Shown: one piece after another, positions 45,291-55,053 of the stretch
Position numbering within the stretch: position 1 is the stretch's first letter
How the letters are laid out: every line of letters starts with the position of its first letter
DNA from: Rhodocyclaceae bacterium UBA5602
Lineage (GTDB): Bacteria; Pseudomonadota; Gammaproteobacteria; Burkholderiales; Rhodocyclaceae
Assembly (NCBI GenBank): GCA_002424865.1
Contig: DILC01000044.1
Coordinates: 40,661 to 104,660, forward strand
DNA: 64,000 nt
Direction of reading: 5' to 3'
Made by a program: the position numbers and the translations under genes
The notes under the pieces: generated by a model
Told to the model about the DNA's origin: nothing
What the model saw: the letters and a program-made list of their open reading frames with translations, nothing else
Databases searched by the model: none

Positions 45291-45992
45291 TCAATCCGTT
45301 TTCAGCCCGCGTATCCAGCGGCTATAGAGCCGGTCTGCCACGTGGCGCATGCGCAAAATTTTTTCATCCATTCCCGCGTACATTTGCTGCGGCGTTTGCA
45401 CCGAGGCTGACGCCTCAACCCCCTCCTCATCCCAATGCCTGCCCCAAAGCCGGATCATGGTTTCCGTCATTTCGATATGGCACTGCATGCCTAAATGCAC
45501 GCCGCGCACAAAAGCTTGATTCTCGCAATGCGCACTGCGCAAGATACGCAGTGCGCCTGGCGGCAAGCTGAAGGTATCACCATGCCAATGGAAAGCCTCA
45601 AAGGCCAGCGTATCGCCCACCCACGCATGGGCCAGGCCACCTGTGAACTCAACCCGCCCCCAGCCGATTTCCTTCACCGGGTTTGTCGTGACCACCCCGC
45701 CAAACGCCTTGCTCATCAGTTGCCCGCCCAGACAATGCCCCAGCACGGGAATGCCTTTGCCATCGGCCTCGCGGATCAAGTTCAAGGCAGGCGCTATCCA
45801 CGGCAGATCGTCATTCACGCTCATCGGCCCACCCATGAAGCACAAACCGGAAAAACCATCAGAAGTCGGCGGTGGCAAGACGCCGGTATCAATCGTAAAC
45901 ATCGTCCAGGGCAACGAGTGGCGCTCCAGGAATGTGGCAAAATAGCCTGCCCCCTCGTTGGGGCTGTGACGAAATATAGCGATGGGTTTCAT
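45291..45992 (-). CDS. Type 1 glutamine amidotransferase-like protein
   Basis: MGGPMSVND, LGHCLGGQL, WHGDTF, QCHIE; start ATG 45992 (MKPIAIFRH). Confidence 0.88.
   Translation of the reverse strand: MKPIAIFRHSPNEGAGYFATFLERHSLPWTMFTIDTGVLPPPTSDGFSGLCFMGGPMSVNDDLPWIAPALNLIREADGKGIPVLGHCLGGQLMSKAFGGVVTTNPVKEIGWGRVEFTGGLAHAWVGDTLAFEAFHWHGDTFSLPPGALRILRSAHCENQAFVRGVHLGMQCHIEMTETMIRLWGRHWDEEGVEASASVQTPQQMYAGMDEKILRMRHVADRLYSRWIRGLKTD
45862..45885 (+). repeat. 24-bp dispersed motif copy (antisense in the GATase gene)
   Basis: GAAGTCGGCGGTGGCAAGACGCCG, 20/24; encodes GVLPPPTS. Confidence 0.7.
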
Positions 45993-46641
45993 GGTCGACT
46001 CTCTTGTTTTATCCGCCGATGGATTGTCCAAAGATGATTCTAGCGGAACCCTCATTTCTTTTTTGCGGCAGCGTTTCCGTGTCGGTTTGGTTGCGGCCGC
46101 CATTCGCGAGCCTTTGTTGAACGGCCAGGCACCGCTTGAAGCCGCGGTTTTAGTGCCTATCGTATTACGCCCGACTGGCCCCACGGTGCTGCTCACCCAG
46201 CGTACTGCGCATTTGCGCGATCATGCCGGCCAAATCAGTTTTCCTGGCGGGCGCAGCGAAGCTTTTGACCCATCCCCTGAAGCCACCGCCTTGCGCGAAG
46301 CGGATGAAGAAGTCGGTTTATCACCCCGTCAGGTAGAAATACTCGGCAGGCTGCCCGCCTATCACACCGTGACAGGCTTTTGCATCACACCCGTCGTTGG
46401 CCTGGTCACCCCGCCATTGAATCTCAAGCTGGATGACTTTGAAGTGGCTGAGGTTTTTGAGCCACCGTTGGCTTTTTTAATGGATGCACAAAATCATCAG
46501 CGACATCAAATCGAATTTCAGGGTGCAATGCGAGAATACTGGGCGATGCCCTGGCAAGATCGCTACATCTGGGGCGCAACTGCGGGTATGCTGGTCAGCT
46601 TGCATGATTTTTTATTCAACCCGGCAGCCGATGCACGCTAA
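45991..46641 (+). CDS. nudL: CoA pyrophosphatase (Nudix)
   Basis: AAVLVP, LLTQRTAHLRDHAGQISFPGG, ALREADEEVG, IWGATAGML; start uncertain (possibly TTG 46024). Confidence 0.88.
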   Translation: MVDSLVLSADGLSKDDSSGTLISFLRQRFRVGLVAAAIREPLLNGQAPLEAAVLVPIVLRPTGPTVLLTQRTAHLRDHAGQISFPGGRSEAFDPSPEATALREADEEVGLSPRQVEILGRLPAYHTVTGFCITPVVGLVTPPLNLKLDDFEVAEVFEPPLAFLMDAQNHQRHQIEFQGAMREYWAMPWQDRYIWGATAGMLVSLHDFLFNPAADAR

Positions 46642-46757
46642 CCGAAGAAATACACGGCCTGCCTTGATTTCCGGCTACACACAAAAAATCAAGAACGTTT
46701 GTAACATGCCACTGATAGCATCAGCGTCACCCCATCAGCCTTTAATGAGATTTCCGT

Positions 46758-47744
46758 ATGGCCCTGCTCTCCATTCTTGCCGCACTTATTCTTGAACAGC
46801 TGCAACCGCTCCCGCTAAGCAAGCTCGTTCGCTCACCCGTCGCGCAGCTCGCGCGCTATTTGGAACAGCACCTCAATGACGGCGTGCGCCTGCACGGCAC
46901 GATTGCCTGGGTTCTGGGTGCCGCCTTGCCTGCATTTGCATTATTCATTGCTTTTCTGTTTTTTAAAAATACACAACCTTTACTGGCGCTCTTGCTGAGC
47001 ATTGGCGTTTTATATCTCACCATGGGGTTTCGCCAGTTCAGCCACTTTTTTACCGACATTCACCTGGCGCTCCGTGATGGTGATATTGATCAGGCGCGGC
47101 ACATTCTGGCCGAATGGCGCGGGCAAAGCAGTGATCGCCTCTCCAGCAGCGAAGTCGCACGCTTGGCCATTGAGCGCGCCCTGCCCTTGGCCAACACGCA
47201 TGTATTCGCCCCATTACTGTGGTTCATTATTCTTGGCCCTGCGGGTGCTTTGCTTTATCGCCTGGCGCAGTTATATGACGAATACTGGCGCGGCGATGCA
47301 AGCGCTGTGAATCCAGTCCCTTCCCCCCATCCGCTCAGCGCGGCAGATGAATCCACCGCGCTGCACGCGTTTGGCTGGTTCGCGCATCAAGCCTTTTCTG
47401 CCATGAACTGGCTGCCCGTACGCGTCACCGCAGCGCTCTTTGCCATAGTGGGCAACTTTGAAGACGCGGTGAATTGCTGGCGCACGCAAGCCAGTGACTG
47501 GCCGGATAAAAACAACGGCATTTTGCTCAGCAGCGGCGCAGGGGCGATCGGCGTACAGCTCGGCCTGCCTGTGCATGATTTGCCACCGGAATTGGAACCC
47601 GATAACGAGCGCCCCGGTTTAGGCATGGGCGAAGAAGCTGACGCAGACTTTATGCAAAGCACCGTCGGTTTGGTTTGGCGCAGCTTGGTGCTGAGTTTAT
47701 TAGTGCTGGCCCTGGTGCAGATTTCTGCCTGGGTTGGCGGTTGA
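46758..47744 (+). CDS. CobD/CbiB-family membrane protein
   Basis: HVFAPLLWF, NWLPVRVTA, VGNFEDA, SGAGAIGVQLG. Confidence 0.75.
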   Translation: MALLSILAALILEQLQPLPLSKLVRSPVAQLARYLEQHLNDGVRLHGTIAWVLGAALPAFALFIAFLFFKNTQPLLALLLSIGVLYLTMGFRQFSHFFTDIHLALRDGDIDQARHILAEWRGQSSDRLSSSEVARLAIERALPLANTHVFAPLLWFIILGPAGALLYRLAQLYDEYWRGDASAVNPVPSPHPLSAADESTALHAFGWFAHQAFSAMNWLPVRVTAALFAIVGNFEDAVNCWRTQASDWPDKNNGILLSSGAGAIGVQLGLPVHDLPPELEPDNERPGLGMGEEADADFMQSTVGLVWRSLVLSLLVLALVQISAWVGG

Positions 47745-47768
47745 TTTTTTTCATAAAGGAGTCCTGTC

Positions 47769-48956
47769 ATGGCTGAAAAAAGAGAAGTTGTTGTCTTGAG
47801 TGCCGTCCGTTCTGCCGTCGGCACATTTGGTGGTGCTTTGAGCAGCATTGAACCCTCTGAACTCGGCGGCATGGTGATGAAGGAGGCAATTACGCGTTCC
47901 GGCCTCGATCCACAAGAAATCAATTACGTGACCGTGGGCAACTGCATCCCCACCGAATCACGTTATGCCTATGTCGCGCGCGTGGCGTCCATCCAGGCCG
48001 GTTTGCCGATGGAATCGGTGGCCATGGCGGTCAATCGCCTATGCAGCTCCGGCTTGCAAGGCATCGTCTCCACAGCGCAGGCCATCATGCTGGGCGATTG
48101 CGACTATGGCATTGGCGGTGGCGTTGAAGTCATGTCGCGCGCAGCCTACCTATCGACTGCCATGCGCAACGGCGCCCGCATGGGCGATACCACCATGGTA
48201 GACACCATGGTCGCAGCGCTTAGCGACCCCTTCGGCGTCGGCCATATGGGCATCACGGCCGAAAATCTGGCCACCAAATGGAATATCTCGCGCGAAGAGC
48301 AGGACGCTTTCTCGGTCGAATCCCAGCGCCGTGCCACCGCCGCCATTGCCGAAGGCCGCTTTAAATCGCAAATCGTGCCCATCGTGCAGCAAACGCGCAA
48401 GGGCGAAGTGGTATTCGATACGGATGAGCACTTAAAACCCGGCACGACGCTGGAAACGCTGGCGAAAATGAAGCCTGCCTTCAAAAAGGACGGATCGGTC
48501 ACGGCAGGCAATGCGTCCGGCATTAACGATGGCGCTTCCTTCTTCGTCCTCGCCGCAGCGGACGCCGCTGCCAAAGCCGGCCATAAACCGATTGCGCGCC
48601 TGGTTGCCTACGCCGTGGCCGGCGTGCCCAATCATCTCATGGGTGAAGGCCCGATTCCCGCTTCGCAACAGGTGTTCAAGAAGTCAGGCTTGTCGCTTTC
48701 GCAAATGGATGTCATTGAGTCCAACGAAGCCTTTGCCGTGCAAGCATTGGCAGTCAGCAAAGGCTTGGGACTTGACCCGCAAAAAACCAATCCGAACGGT
48801 GGCGCCATTGCCTTGGGCCATCCCATCGGCGCATCGGGCGCGGTCCTCGCCACCAAGGCGCTATATGAATTGCAGCGCATCAATGGCCGCTACGCGCTGG
48901 TTACCATGTGTATCGGCGGTGGACAAGGCATTGCGGCAATTTTCGAGCGGATCTAA
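47769..48956 (+). CDS. bktB: Beta-ketothiolase (BktB-like acetyl-CoA C-acyltransferase)
   Basis: VNRLCSSG, NEAF, GHPIGASG, MCIGGGQG; MGITAEN. Confidence 0.88.
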   Translation: MAEKREVVVLSAVRSAVGTFGGALSSIEPSELGGMVMKEAITRSGLDPQEINYVTVGNCIPTESRYAYVARVASIQAGLPMESVAMAVNRLCSSGLQGIVSTAQAIMLGDCDYGIGGGVEVMSRAAYLSTAMRNGARMGDTTMVDTMVAALSDPFGVGHMGITAENLATKWNISREEQDAFSVESQRRATAAIAEGRFKSQIVPIVQQTRKGEVVFDTDEHLKPGTTLETLAKMKPAFKKDGSVTAGNASGINDGASFFVLAAADAAAKAGHKPIARLVAYAVAGVPNHLMGEGPIPASQQVFKKSGLSLSQMDVIESNEAFAVQALAVSKGLGLDPQKTNPNGGAIALGHPIGASGAVLATKALYELQRINGRYALVTMCIGGGQGIAAIFERI

Positions 48957-48967
48957 AAGCACCGGTG

Positions 48968-48991
48968 AAAGTCGGCGCTGGCCAGACGCCG
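48968..48991 (+). repeat. 24-bp dispersed motif copy (11 nt after the bktB stop)
   Basis: AAAGTCGGCGCTGGCCAGACGCCG, 22/24. Confidence 0.9.
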
Positions 48992-49132
48992 CGAAGCCTT
49001 GATTCCGACCGAAAGAAGTGCAGAGCTGTTTCCCGTCGGCCCTTGGAGGACGGCGGGAAATAACCTGCCGTCCCGCCAATTTAACTTGAGCCTGCCACAT
49101 TTGGATCTGCCACATCGCGCTATTGGCAGTTT

Positions 49133-49382
49133 GCCAATCAGCGCGAAAATCCTGGCTTTTACCTCAGCGAGCCCCGCCGACGCCACCTTGCCTTTCTGGC
49201 CTGCTTCTCGTGCCCGCCAATCCAGGCTTTTCACTTGACCTGCCAGCACCGCACCAGAACGGGAGCCTGGAATCAACACCTCAAACGGGTAGCCCGTGAT
49301 CTGGGCAGTCATTGGACAACACAGCATTAAACCTGTTTTATCGTTATAGAGCGGGACTAATGACCAGCGCAGGTCGCCAGCC
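49133..49382 (-). pseudogene. mazF: MazF/PemK toxin pseudogene
   Basis: GWRPALVISPA/frameshift near 49349/YNDKTGLMLCCPMTAQITGYPFEV..QVKSLDWRAR..ALIG; N-terminus missing, no antitoxin gene. Confidence 0.85.
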
Positions 49383-49420
49383 AGAATATGTTTGATGTCC
49401 GTTCGTCCTGTGCAAAATCA
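49380..49420 (-). repeat. 41-bp dispersed repeat, copy 2
   Basis: 40/41 identical to 2242-2294 once the 12-nt duplication is removed. Confidence 0.85.
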
Positions 49421-49434
49421 GGAAATCCGGCAAA

Positions 49435-49458
49435 AAAGTCGGCGCTGGCAAAACGGCG
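49435..49458 (+). repeat. 24-bp dispersed motif copy (downstream of fdsD)
   Basis: AAAGTCGGCGCTGGCAAAACGGCG, 22/24. Confidence 0.9.
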
Positions 49459-49525
49459 GCACCCCTTTGATAACACAGCAAACAGGATTAAAACGGCACA
49501 GGCGGCCTTTTTTATGTCGGCATGA

Positions 49526-49744
49526 TTACCCTTTGCGCAACAAGGCGAGCGCCTCGCGCACAATGGGCTTTAACTCGGCATCCCCTTCCGCGGCCACGTG
49601 TTGCAACAAAGAAGCGCGCATGCGCGGATCCCATGAATTTTTCAAGTGACGGACAATATCGGCAACCGCTTGTTCATGATCGGGCATGGCTTCAAAAAAA
49701 GCGCCGATCTGGTTGGCCATTTTGATCAAGTTTTCAACATGCAT
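49526..49744 (-). CDS. fdsD: NAD-dependent formate dehydrogenase delta subunit
   Basis: LIKMANQIGAFF..WDPRMR. Confidence 0.92.
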   Translation of the reverse strand: MHVENLIKMANQIGAFFEAMPDHEQAVADIVRHLKNSWDPRMRASLLQHVAAEGDAELKPIVREALALLRKG

Positions 49745-50541
49745 TTTGTGCTCCCCAACAAATGATTTCCGGTATAGCGCACACATTGCTGGTCGCGCAA
49801 AAAACCCACCAAGGTGACATTCAACCGTTCAGCCAGACGAATTGCAGCCGCCGTTGGCGCCGATACTGCGGCCACCACACCCACACCCATGGCAGCAGAT
49901 TTTTGCACCATTTCAAAACTTGCGCGGCTGGTAATGAGGATCGCGCCGGACTGCGGATCAAAATCGCTTTTCGCCAGCGCCCCCAGGGTTTTATCCAGCG
50001 CGTTATGGCGGCCAATGTCTTCCCGCACATGGCTGATCTCGCCCGCGCCATTCACCCAGCAGGCGGCATGGGTTGCGCCCGTGGATTGTTGCAACACCTG
50101 TTGCGCGGGCAATTGGCTCATGCCTGCATACAGCGTTGCGGGGGACATCTGCAGCGGTGAATTCACCGGTGGCAAATCACGCATCACTTGCGCCAGGCTC
50201 TCCGCACCACACAGCCCGCAACCCGTGCGCCCGGCCAGGCTGCGCCGTCGTTCCTTTAGGCGCAGAAAAGCCTTGCTGGCAACTTCCAGTTGCAAGGTGA
50301 CGCCCCCAGCTGATTCTGCGGCTTCAATATCAAACACTTCATTGCGGTGCGCCACGATGCCTTCACTCAAGCTAAAGCCCAGCGCAAAGTCTGCCAGATC
50401 GGCAGGCGTGGCCAGCATCACTGTGTGCGCTATGCCGTTGTACTCAAAAGCGACCGGGACTTCTTCGGCAACGCAATCCACCCGCTCGCTGGACGTTATG
50501 CCTTGCCAACGGGTGACTTTTTTCTCAACGTGAGTGATCAC
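49726..50541 (-). CDS. fdhD: Formate dehydrogenase accessory sulfurtransferase FdhD/FdsC
   Basis: VAEEVP, GCGLCG, REDIGRHNALDK, SRASFEMVQK, AVSAPT; start taken at GTG 50541 (uncertain). Confidence 0.92.
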   Translation of the reverse strand: MITHVEKKVTRWQGITSSERVDCVAEEVPVAFEYNGIAHTVMLATPADLADFALGFSLSEGIVAHRNEVFDIEAAESAGGVTLQLEVASKAFLRLKERRRSLAGRTGCGLCGAESLAQVMRDLPPVNSPLQMSPATLYAGMSQLPAQQVLQQSTGATHAACWVNGAGEISHVREDIGRHNALDKTLGALAKSDFDPQSGAILITSRASFEMVQKSAAMGVGVVAAVSAPTAAAIRLAERLNVTLVGFLRDQQCVRYTGNHLLGSTKCMLKT

Positions 50542-50560
50542 AACAAGCTGATGACCCGGT

Positions 50561-53521
50561 TCATGACGACAGGCTGGCTTCTTTCGCCTGCGGGAGCAAA
50601 CGCTCTTGCTCGGCGGTAAATTGCGCAAAATCCTTTTGCCAACCGGAGGCATTGGCCGTTTGCGCCACGCGCACCAACTGCACGGCCGTCACCTTGTATT
50701 CCGGGCAATTCGTCGCCCAGTCGGAGTTATCCGTGGTAATCACATTGGCACCGGATTCCGGGAAGTGGAAGGTAGTGTACACCACGCCAGGCTGCACGCG
50801 TTCGGTCAATTTGGCGCGCAGCACGGTCTGCCCGGCGCGCGATTCAACGCCGACCCATTCGCCGTCTTTGATGCCACGCTCCTCTGCGTCATGCGGATGC
50901 ACTTCCAGCACATCTTCCGCATAAAACTCGGTGTTGGCGGTACGGCGTGTTTGCGCGCCGACGTTGTATTGCGACAAGATGCGCCCGGTGGTGAGCAGCA
51001 ACGGGAAGCGGCGCGTCACTTTTTCGTCCGTCGGCACGTATTGGGTGATCAAAAACCGCCCCTTGCCACGCACAAAGGTATCAATATGCATGGTCGGCGT
51101 GCCACCTGGCGCGGCCTCGTTGCATGGCCATTGCAGGCTGCCCAGGCGATCGAGCTTGTCGTAGCTCACGCCGGAAAATGTGGGCGTCAGGCGCGCGATC
51201 TCGTCCATGATCTGCGAAGGATGCGTGTAGTGCATCTTGTAGCCCATCGCGTTGGCCAGTGCCATCGTCGCTTCCCAGTCGCCCTTGCCGGACAGGGGGG
51301 GCATGACTTGCCGCACGCGCGAAATACGCCGCTCGGCATTGGTGAAGGTGCCGTCTTTTTCAAGGAAAGACGAGCCCGGCAAAAAGACATGCGCAAACTT
51401 GGCGGTCTCATTCAGGAACAAGTCCTGCACCACGATGCACTCCATGGCCAGCAACGCGGCGGTCACGTGTTGCGTGTTGGGGTCGGACTGGGCAATGTCC
51501 TCGCCCTGGCAATACAGCCCTTTGAAGCTGCCATCCAGCGCCGCTTCAAACATGTTCGGGATACGCAAACCCGGTTCAGGTTGAATCGCCACGCCCCAAT
51601 GGCTTTCAAACAAGGTCCGCGTAATGGTGTCGGACACATGCCGATAACCCGGCAGTTCATGCGGGAAAGAACCCATATCGCACGAACCCTGCACATTATT
51701 CTGCCCGCGCAGCGGATTCACCCCCACGCCTTCGCGCCCCACGTTGCCTGTCGCCATGGCCAGATTGGCAATCGCAATCACCGCAGTTGAGCCTTGCGAA
51801 TGTTCGGTCACGCCCAGCCCGTAATAAATGGCGCCATTCCTGGCTGCCGCATAAAGCCTGGCCGCAGCGCGCACATCCGCCGCTGGCACGCCAGAGTCGG
51901 CTTCCAGCGCTTCGGGTGCGTTGGCTGGCCGCGCGACAAACTCGCGCCACTGATCAAACGCCTTGGGCTCGCACCGTGCGGCGACAAAAGCCTCATCCAC
52001 CAGGCCTTCGGTGACGATCACGTGCGCCAGGGCAGAGAGCACGGCCACATTGGTGCCCGGGCGCAATTTGAGATGGTGCGCGGCTTTGATGTGCGGCGAG
52101 CTCACCAGGTCGGTCGCCCGCGGGTCGATCACGATCAACTTTGCGCCCTCACGGATGCGCCGCTTCATGCGCGAGGCAAACACCGGATGCCCATCACTCG
52201 GGTTCGCACCGATCACCATGATGACATCGGCTTTGTCAACGGATTTGAATGTTTGCGTTCCCGCCGATTCACCCAGCGTTTGCTTCAAGCCATAGCCAGT
52301 AGGCGAATGGCATACGCGCGCGCAGGTATCCACATTATTGTTGCCAAACGCGGCACGCACCATTTTTTGCACGAGGTAATCTTCCTCGTTGGTGCAGCGG
52401 GATGAAACCAGCCCGCCAATAGAATTTTGGCCATACTGTTGCTGAATGCGGCGGAACTCGGACGCGGCGTAATTGACCGCCTCATCCCACGACACTTCAC
52501 GCCAGGGGTCGGTGATTTTCGTGCGTATCATCGGTTGGGTGATGCGATCCGGGTGGCTGGCGTAACCCCAGGCAAAACGGCCTTTCACGCAGGCGTGGCC
52601 TTCGTTCGCACCGCCATCTTTCCACGGCACCATGCGCACCACCTCATTGCCTTGCATTTCCGCCTTGAAGCCGCAGCCCACGCCGCAATAAGCGCACGTC
52701 GTCACCACGGCATGCTCGGCCTGGCCTTTTTCGATGATGGTTTTTTCGGTCAAAGTTGCGGTCGGACAAGCATTCACGCACGCCCCGCACGAAACACACT
52801 CGGATTCCATAAACGGCTGGTCCTGCCCGGCAGAGACACGGGACTCAAATCCGCGGCCGGAAATCGTCAGCGCAAACGTGCCTTGCTGTTCTTCACACGC
52901 ACGCACACAGCGGTTGCACACGATGCACTTGGACGGGTCATACGTGAAGTAAGGATTGGATTCGTCCTTCTGGCCTGCCAGGTGTGTCTTGCCAATGACA
53001 CCCGCATTGCCGCCTGCAGCCGCCTTTACCTCCCCGATGCCATAACGCACGTCGCGCAGACCCACCACGCCGGCCATGGTCTGCAGCTCGCAGTTGCCGT
53101 TCGCGCTGCACGTCAGGCAATCCAGCGGATGGTCGGAAATGTAAAGCTCCATCACATTGCGCCGCAAATCGGCCAGCTTGGGTGATTGCGTGCGTACCGC
53201 CATGCCATTTTCTGCTGGAGTCGTGCAAGATGCAGGAAAACCGCGACGACCCTCCACTTCCACCAGGCACAGGCGACAGGAGCCAAAGGGTTCCAGGGAG
53301 TCGGTCGCGCACAGTTTGGGCACCATCACGCCCGCTTCTACCGCCGCGCGCATCAGGGATGTGCCGGCGGGTACGGTGATTTCACGGCCATCAATCGTCA
53401 GCGTAACCTGGGTTGCGCCATTTTCTGAGCCGTGCGCCGCAGGCGTGCCGTAATCAAGGTCGCGCAACGAGGTAATGCTCAATCCTTTAATCGGGGCATG
53501 GCTATTCATCGGGGCGTTCAT
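50561..53521 (-). CDS. fdsA: NAD-dependent formate dehydrogenase alpha subunit (molybdopterin, Cys-type)
   Basis: N-terminal 2Fe-2S/4Fe-4S domains, CAYCGVGC, CARVCH, RGQNNVQG, CPEYK. Confidence 0.95.
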   Translation of the reverse strand: MNAPMNSHAPIKGLSITSLRDLDYGTPAAHGSENGATQVTLTIDGREITVPAGTSLMRAAVEAGVMVPKLCATDSLEPFGSCRLCLVEVEGRRGFPASCTTPAENGMAVRTQSPKLADLRRNVMELYISDHPLDCLTCSANGNCELQTMAGVVGLRDVRYGIGEVKAAAGGNAGVIGKTHLAGQKDESNPYFTYDPSKCIVCNRCVRACEEQQGTFALTISGRGFESRVSAGQDQPFMESECVSCGACVNACPTATLTEKTIIEKGQAEHAVVTTCAYCGVGCGFKAEMQGNEVVRMVPWKDGGANEGHACVKGRFAWGYASHPDRITQPMIRTKITDPWREVSWDEAVNYAASEFRRIQQQYGQNSIGGLVSSRCTNEEDYLVQKMVRAAFGNNNVDTCARVCHSPTGYGLKQTLGESAGTQTFKSVDKADVIMVIGANPSDGHPVFASRMKRRIREGAKLIVIDPRATDLVSSPHIKAAHHLKLRPGTNVAVLSALAHVIVTEGLVDEAFVAARCEPKAFDQWREFVARPANAPEALEADSGVPAADVRAAARLYAAARNGAIYYGLGVTEHSQGSTAVIAIANLAMATGNVGREGVGVNPLRGQNNVQGSCDMGSFPHELPGYRHVSDTITRTLFESHWGVAIQPEPGLRIPNMFEAALDGSFKGLYCQGEDIAQSDPNTQHVTAALLAMECIVVQDLFLNETAKFAHVFLPGSSFLEKDGTFTNAERRISRVRQVMPPLSGKGDWEATMALANAMGYKMHYTHPSQIMDEIARLTPTFSGVSYDKLDRLGSLQWPCNEAAPGGTPTMHIDTFVRGKGRFLITQYVPTDEKVTRRFPLLLTTGRILSQYNVGAQTRRTANTEFYAEDVLEVHPHDAEERGIKDGEWVGVESRAGQTVLRAKLTERVQPGVVYTTFHFPESGANVITTDNSDWATNCPEYKVTAVQLVRVAQTANASGWQKDFAQFTAEQERLLPQAKEASLSS

Positions 53522-55053
53522 AGTGGCCTCCTGCCGAAGTCTTCAGGGAAATGGTTCAGTGCCGAGAGCACCGGGTAAGGCGTCATGCTGCCCATCGCGC
53601 ACAATGAACCATGTTGCATGGTGTCGCACAGCTCGCGCAGCAACGCGGTTTGCCCGGGGTTGCCCGCCGCCAGCCGGTCAATCACCTCCACGCCACGGGT
53701 CGAACCAATGCGGCATGGCGTGCATTTGCCGCAGGACTCAATAGCGCAAAATGCCATCGCGTAACGGGCTTGTTTCATCATATCCACAGTATCGTCAAAG
53801 GCGACGATACCGCCATGCCCGAGCACTGCGCCCACGGCGGCAAAGGCTTCATAATCGAGCACCGTATCGAACTGCGATTCCGGCACATAAGCGCCCAAGG
53901 GACCGCCCACTTGCACCGCGCGCAACGGGCGGCCGCTTAAACTGCCGCCGCCAAAATCGTACAGCAACTCGCGCAAGGTGAGGCCAAAAGGCACTTCGAC
54001 CAGGCCACCGTATTTGATATTGCCGGCCAGCTGAAAAGGCAAGGTGCCGCGCGAACGGCCGCAGCCAAACGCCTGATAAGCCGCCGCGCCATTGGCCAGG
54101 ATGTCCGGCACGCTGCCGAGCGTGATGACGTTGTTAATCACCGTGGGCTGCCCGAACAATCCAGAGAGCGCGGGCAGTGGCGGCTTGGCGCGCACAATGC
54201 CGCGCCGCCCTTCCAGGCTTTCCAGCAAGGCGGTTTCTTCACCGCACACATAAGCGCCCGCAGCTTTGCGTACTTGCAAATAAAACGACTTGCCAGAACC
54301 CAGCAAATCCCCGCCCAGCCAGCCCTCTGCTGTGGCGCGTTCAACAGCGGCATTGAGCGTGGCAATGGCATGCGGATATTCTGAGCGCACGTAAATGTAA
54401 CCCTGCGTTGCGCCCACCGCGACACCGGCAATCGCCATGCCTTCGATCAAGCCAAACGGGTCGCCTTCCATTTGCATGCGATCGGAAAACGTGCCGGAGT
54501 CGCCCTCATCGGCATTGCACACAATATATTTTTGCTCGCCTGCGGCATGCAGCACGGTGTTCCATTTGATGCCCGTAGGGAAAGCCGCACCGCCACGGCC
54601 GCGCAAACCGGAGTCGGTGACTTCCTTGACGATTTCAAGCGGCGTGAGCGTTAATGCCCGGCGCAACCCGCGCGTGCCGCCATGCGCCAGATAATCTGCC
54701 ACCGAGAGCGGATCGGTCACGCCCACGCGCTTGAGGCTGATGCGCTGCTGCCGTTGCAGATAAGGGATCTCATCGACTTTGCCCAAACACAAGGGATGCG
54801 CCTCGCCTGCCAGTACATTGGCATCGAGGAGCGATGCCACATCTTCAGCCGCTACCGGGCCATAAGCCACGCGCCCGGCAGGTGTCGCCACTTCGATCAT
54901 AGGCTCCAGCCAAAACAAGCCACGCGAACCGTTACGCACGAGGGTGACATCCAGTTGCCGCTGGGCTATCGTGCTGGCAAAGCTGGCGGCAACCGCCTCG
55001 GCGCCCAAGGCCTGCGCGGTTGAATCACAGGGGATATAAATGGTCGTGGTCAT
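53518..55053 (-). CDS. fdsB: Formate dehydrogenase beta subunit (NuoF-like)
   Basis: RNGSRGLFWLEP, GRGGAAFPTGIKW, ESCGKCTPCRIG. Confidence 0.94.
   Translation of the reverse strand: MTTTIYIPCDSTAQALGAEAVAASFASTIAQRQLDVTLVRNGSRGLFWLEPMIEVATPAGRVAYGPVAAEDVASLLDANVLAGEAHPLCLGKVDEIPYLQRQQRISLKRVGVTDPLSVADYLAHGGTRGLRRALTLTPLEIVKEVTDSGLRGRGGAAFPTGIKWNTVLHAAGEQKYIVCNADEGDSGTFSDRMQMEGDPFGLIEGMAIAGVAVGATQGYIYVRSEYPHAIATLNAAVERATAEGWLGGDLLGSGKSFYLQVRKAAGAYVCGEETALLESLEGRRGIVRAKPPLPALSGLFGQPTVINNVITLGSVPDILANGAAAYQAFGCGRSRGTLPFQLAGNIKYGGLVEVPFGLTLRELLYDFGGGSLSGRPLRAVQVGGPLGAYVPESQFDTVLDYEAFAAVGAVLGHGGIVAFDDTVDMMKQARYAMAFCAIESCGKCTPCRIGSTRGVEVIDRLAAGNPGQTALLRELCDTMQHGSLCAMGSMTPYPVLSALNHFPEDFGRRPL

Noticed and set aside
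50606..51790. Long antisense ORFs (this 394-aa one, also 41103-41975, 56489-57328, 35241-35948 and ORFs over rnpB)
   Set aside because: They shadow well-supported genes on the other strand or frame, lack protein motifs, and are expected in GC-rich coding DNA.
50561..53521. Selenocysteine formate dehydrogenase
   Set aside because: No in-frame TGA; the active-site region reads CARVCH with Cys.
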